A DNA stretch of 44,343 nt. Source: Gammaproteobacteria bacterium (GTDB lineage Bacteria; Pseudomonadota; Gammaproteobacteria; SZUA-229). Location: positions 1-44,343 of the forward strand of contig JBFHVK010000002.1 in NCBI GenBank assembly GCA_041589615.1, read 5' to 3'. The notes beneath the pieces are model-generated. The model saw only the letters and a list, made by a program, of their open reading frames with translations, ran no database searches and was not told the origin of the DNA. Position numbers and translations under genes: made by a program. Shown one piece after another: positions 42,645-44,343 of this stretch (positions within the stretch are counted from its first letter, which is position 1; each line of letters starts with the position of its first letter).

Positions 42645-42917
42645 ATGAAACTACCAAAAAGCATGGTCTTCTCGTACGATTCAGAGCGAGACCTTTACAC
42701 CGTGACAACACATTGGGTTCACCGTGGCGAGCCAGTTATGCAGGGCGAGTCTAAGCAGGTTGAGGTAGAAGAGCTTCCGTGCGGCAAAGACAAGTGGCTA
42801 GCCAAACGCTGGGCATTGCGCGAATGGGAAAACATGAAGGAAGAATATCAGACTGAGTTCTCGTTCATTGATTTGGTTGATTTGCAGAGCCATGTGCCTG
42901 CTGGGGTTGAGGTATGA
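42645..42917 (+). CDS. Hypothetical protein.
   Basis: RBS aaggag is present. Confidence 0.5.
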   Translation: MKLPKSMVFSYDSERDLYTVTTHWVHRGEPVMQGESKQVEVEELPCGKDKWLAKRWALREWENMKEEYQTEFSFIDLVDLQSHVPAGVEV

Positions 42918-43111
42918 AAAACTACGAACTCCAAACGCAAATTGAGGCGAACGTTATTTTCAAATCACGGGCTCAGAACATGGCAGAGCATGGCAACGTA
43001 CCGGATGAAGATAAGCCTGACCATGATAAGGCAGAGAAGCGGCGCAGGGCTGAGGAACGACTAGAAGCTAAGGCGCTGGCTAAAGAGCTTGGGTTGCCGT
43101 TCGATGATTGA
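42914..43111 (+). CDS. Hypothetical charged protein.
   Basis: It has a coupled start (ATGA). Confidence 0.5.
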   Translation: MKNYELQTQIEANVIFKSRAQNMAEHGNVPDEDKPDHDKAEKRRRAEERLEAKALAKELGLPFDD

Positions 43112-43151
43112 TTTACTAACTAAGCGGCCGCACCTGGTTGACTACTAGGAT

Positions 43152-43355
43152 ATGTCAATCATCATGGGCACAAGCCGCACCGGAACCGAGAAGTTCATAG
43201 CGCGGCACAAAGACGAATTAAAGCCTGTTGAAGTGGTGAATAAGCGCAAATACTTCAGCTATGATGAATTTGCAGCGGCGCTTAAACGCTACAGGTCAGG
43301 CAGGAATAGGGAGGCGAGAAGTGGCAAGAAAATGCAAGCAGTGCAAAGAGGTTGA
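43152..43355 (+). CDS. Hypothetical basic protein.
   Basis: The ORF overlaps the start of the next gene. Coding status is uncertain. Confidence 0.35.
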   Translation: MSIIMGTSRTGTEKFIARHKDELKPVEVVNKRKYFSYDEFAAALKRYRSGRNREARSGKKMQAVQRG

Positions 43356-43881
43356 GCTGCCACCAGCGGCAAAGTGTACAGAGTACATACAGAAAGAAGG
43401 CTTCTGCTCATCAGAGTGCAAGCGTGAATTCAACAAGGCTAAGAAGGAGAAGGCTGCAGCCAAGCCTAAGCCAGCAAAGAAATCAAGCAGGAAGTCGGTA
43501 AAAATCAGTAAGGCCGATGAGTATTTCAGTAAGTGCGTTAGATTCGCAGCAGACAATACATGCGCAGTATGCGGCGAAAAGTTCGACAGAACTGAGTGCA
43601 GCCACATATTTAGCAGGAGGCATAGGACAATACGCTGGGCCAAGGATAATGCGCTATGCAAGTGTCACACATGCCATAGGTGGTGGCACGAAAACCCAAC
43701 AGAGTCAGGCAACTGGTTCAGGAGCATGGTTGGCGAAGGATTCTATCATCTGCTTCTTGAAAGGAAGAATTCGAAAGTAAGGGTTACTAATCTTGAAGAA
43801 GACGAGATAGCAAAGCATTATCAAGATCAGTTAAAATTAATGGAATCAGGCCAGCAGGATGACTTTGAAAGCTGGCAATAA
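43321..43881 (+). CDS. NinG/Rap-like structure-specific endonuclease.
   Basis: GGGAGG lies 6 nt before GTG 43321. The N-terminus (M)ARKCKQCK...CSSEC parallels lambda NinG RRRCKNDEC...CSPEC. A Cys/His cluster CAVCG...CSHIF...CHTCH is present. Confidence 0.6.
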   Translation: MARKCKQCKEVELPPAAKCTEYIQKEGFCSSECKREFNKAKKEKAAAKPKPAKKSSRKSVKISKADEYFSKCVRFAADNTCAVCGEKFDRTECSHIFSRRHRTIRWAKDNALCKCHTCHRWWHENPTESGNWFRSMVGEGFYHLLLERKNSKVRVTNLEEDEIAKHYQDQLKLMESGQQDDFESWQ

Positions 43882-43896
43882 ATTGGAGAATCAGAA

Positions 43897-44313
43897 ATGA
43901 AAGAACTTCCGGTTAATGTTTGGATTGAGAATGATGGTAAGACTCGGCCAAATGACGATGCAATAGTTGAAGTTGAGTATATTGATGGTGATATTGAATC
44001 ACCCTTTCATGCGTACATGTATGATTTCTCGTACAGAGGCGACGCAGGCGAAATAAAACGCTTCAAAATACTAGACCCTCAGCAAGCCATCGTAGAAGAA
44101 AGCGAAAAGCTGGGCCTGTACGACTCAGCCACACTAACAACAGTCATCAATAAGATGCGCAAACGTGAGCAGGTAGGTCGAGGCAAATACGGCACCGATG
44201 TAGACCGTAAAGACTTCACTGCTAAAGAGTGGGCAAATCACGCGCATGAGGAAGCAATGGATTTCGTGCTTTACATGCAGCGGCTGATAGATGAGATGCC
44301 GGATGCAGAATGA
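43897..44313 (+). CDS. Hypothetical protein with a possible MazG-like C-terminal helix pair.
   Basis: RBS ggagaa is present. The C-terminus GRGKYGTDVDRKDFTAKEWANHAHEEAMDFVLYMQRL resembles small phage NTP-pyrophosphohydrolase-like proteins. It runs into the terminal overlap. Confidence 0.5.
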   Translation: MKELPVNVWIENDGKTRPNDDAIVEVEYIDGDIESPFHAYMYDFSYRGDAGEIKRFKILDPQQAIVEESEKLGLYDSATLTTVINKMRKREQVGRGKYGTDVDRKDFTAKEWANHAHEEAMDFVLYMQRLIDEMPDAE

Positions 44314-44343
44314 ATGGGTAATCCTGTCAGTAAATGCTGATTA
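44203..44343. repeat. Terminal overlap copy 2, identical to 1-141.
   Basis: Direct comparison of the two window ends. Confidence 0.95.

Noticed and set aside
43261-43320. Upstream ATG start (MMNLQRRL...) for the NinG-like gene.
   Set aside because: GTG 43321 has a GGGAGG RBS and yields an N-terminus collinear with lambda NinG. The upstream extension would overlap 43152..43355 by about 95 nt.
1-44343. CRISPR array, integrase/att site, transposase or IS element.
   Set aside because: I saw no regularly spaced repeats and no tyrosine- or serine-recombinase-like or DDE-like ORF in the six-frame track.

Overview
The window is a complete, circularly closed genome of a tailed dsDNA phage. Bases 1-141 are identical to 44203-44343, so the unit length is 44202 bp. 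Tail genes are siphovirus-type, and the host is probably a Gram-negative proteobacterium (GH108 endolysin, outer-membrane beta-barrel moron, SSB ending in DIPF).

Layout:
- Rightward (+) early/recombination arm, 38151 -> 44313, wrapping to 1513. It holds a Cro-like HTH, Rad52/Sak-like annealase, Gp157-like protein, SSB, NinB-like and NinG-like proteins, MazG-like proteins and many small ORFs.
- Leftward (-) early arm, 38067 -> 27885. It holds an LMW-phosphatase-like gene, a PP-loop/PAPS-reductase-like gene, an SF2 helicase, a Zn-ribbon+Toprim primase, YopX and an HTH-metallophosphoesterase fusion.
- Leftward (-) late arm, 27710 -> 1526, about 26 kb and almost gap-free. It runs from a 4-gene block of unknown function through TerS, TerL, portal, MuF-like, scaffold, capsid, connectors, tail tube, chaperones with a -1 frameshift site, tape measure, a 2353-aa tail-tip protein and a fibre to the lysis genes.

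I recognised no integrase, DNA polymerase, tRNA, CRISPR array or reverse transcriptase.

The most unusual locus is a ~1.4-kb ORF-poor cassette (35361-36756) in an otherwise tightly packed genome. It holds one small HigA/XRE-like HTH gene on the opposite strand, flanked by two ~0.45-0.55-kb ORF-free, hairpin-dense segments. These are candidate large structured or antisense RNAs. The cassette is bounded by a 12/13-nt direct repeat that coincides with a duplicated leftward promoter core, and it carries convergent extended -10 promoters.

Other points worth follow-up are the HTH-metallophosphoesterase fusion, the block of unknown genes upstream of terS, the reverse-oriented outer-membrane moron and the giant repeat-rich tail protein.

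All family calls come from motif recognition by eye. No database search was run.
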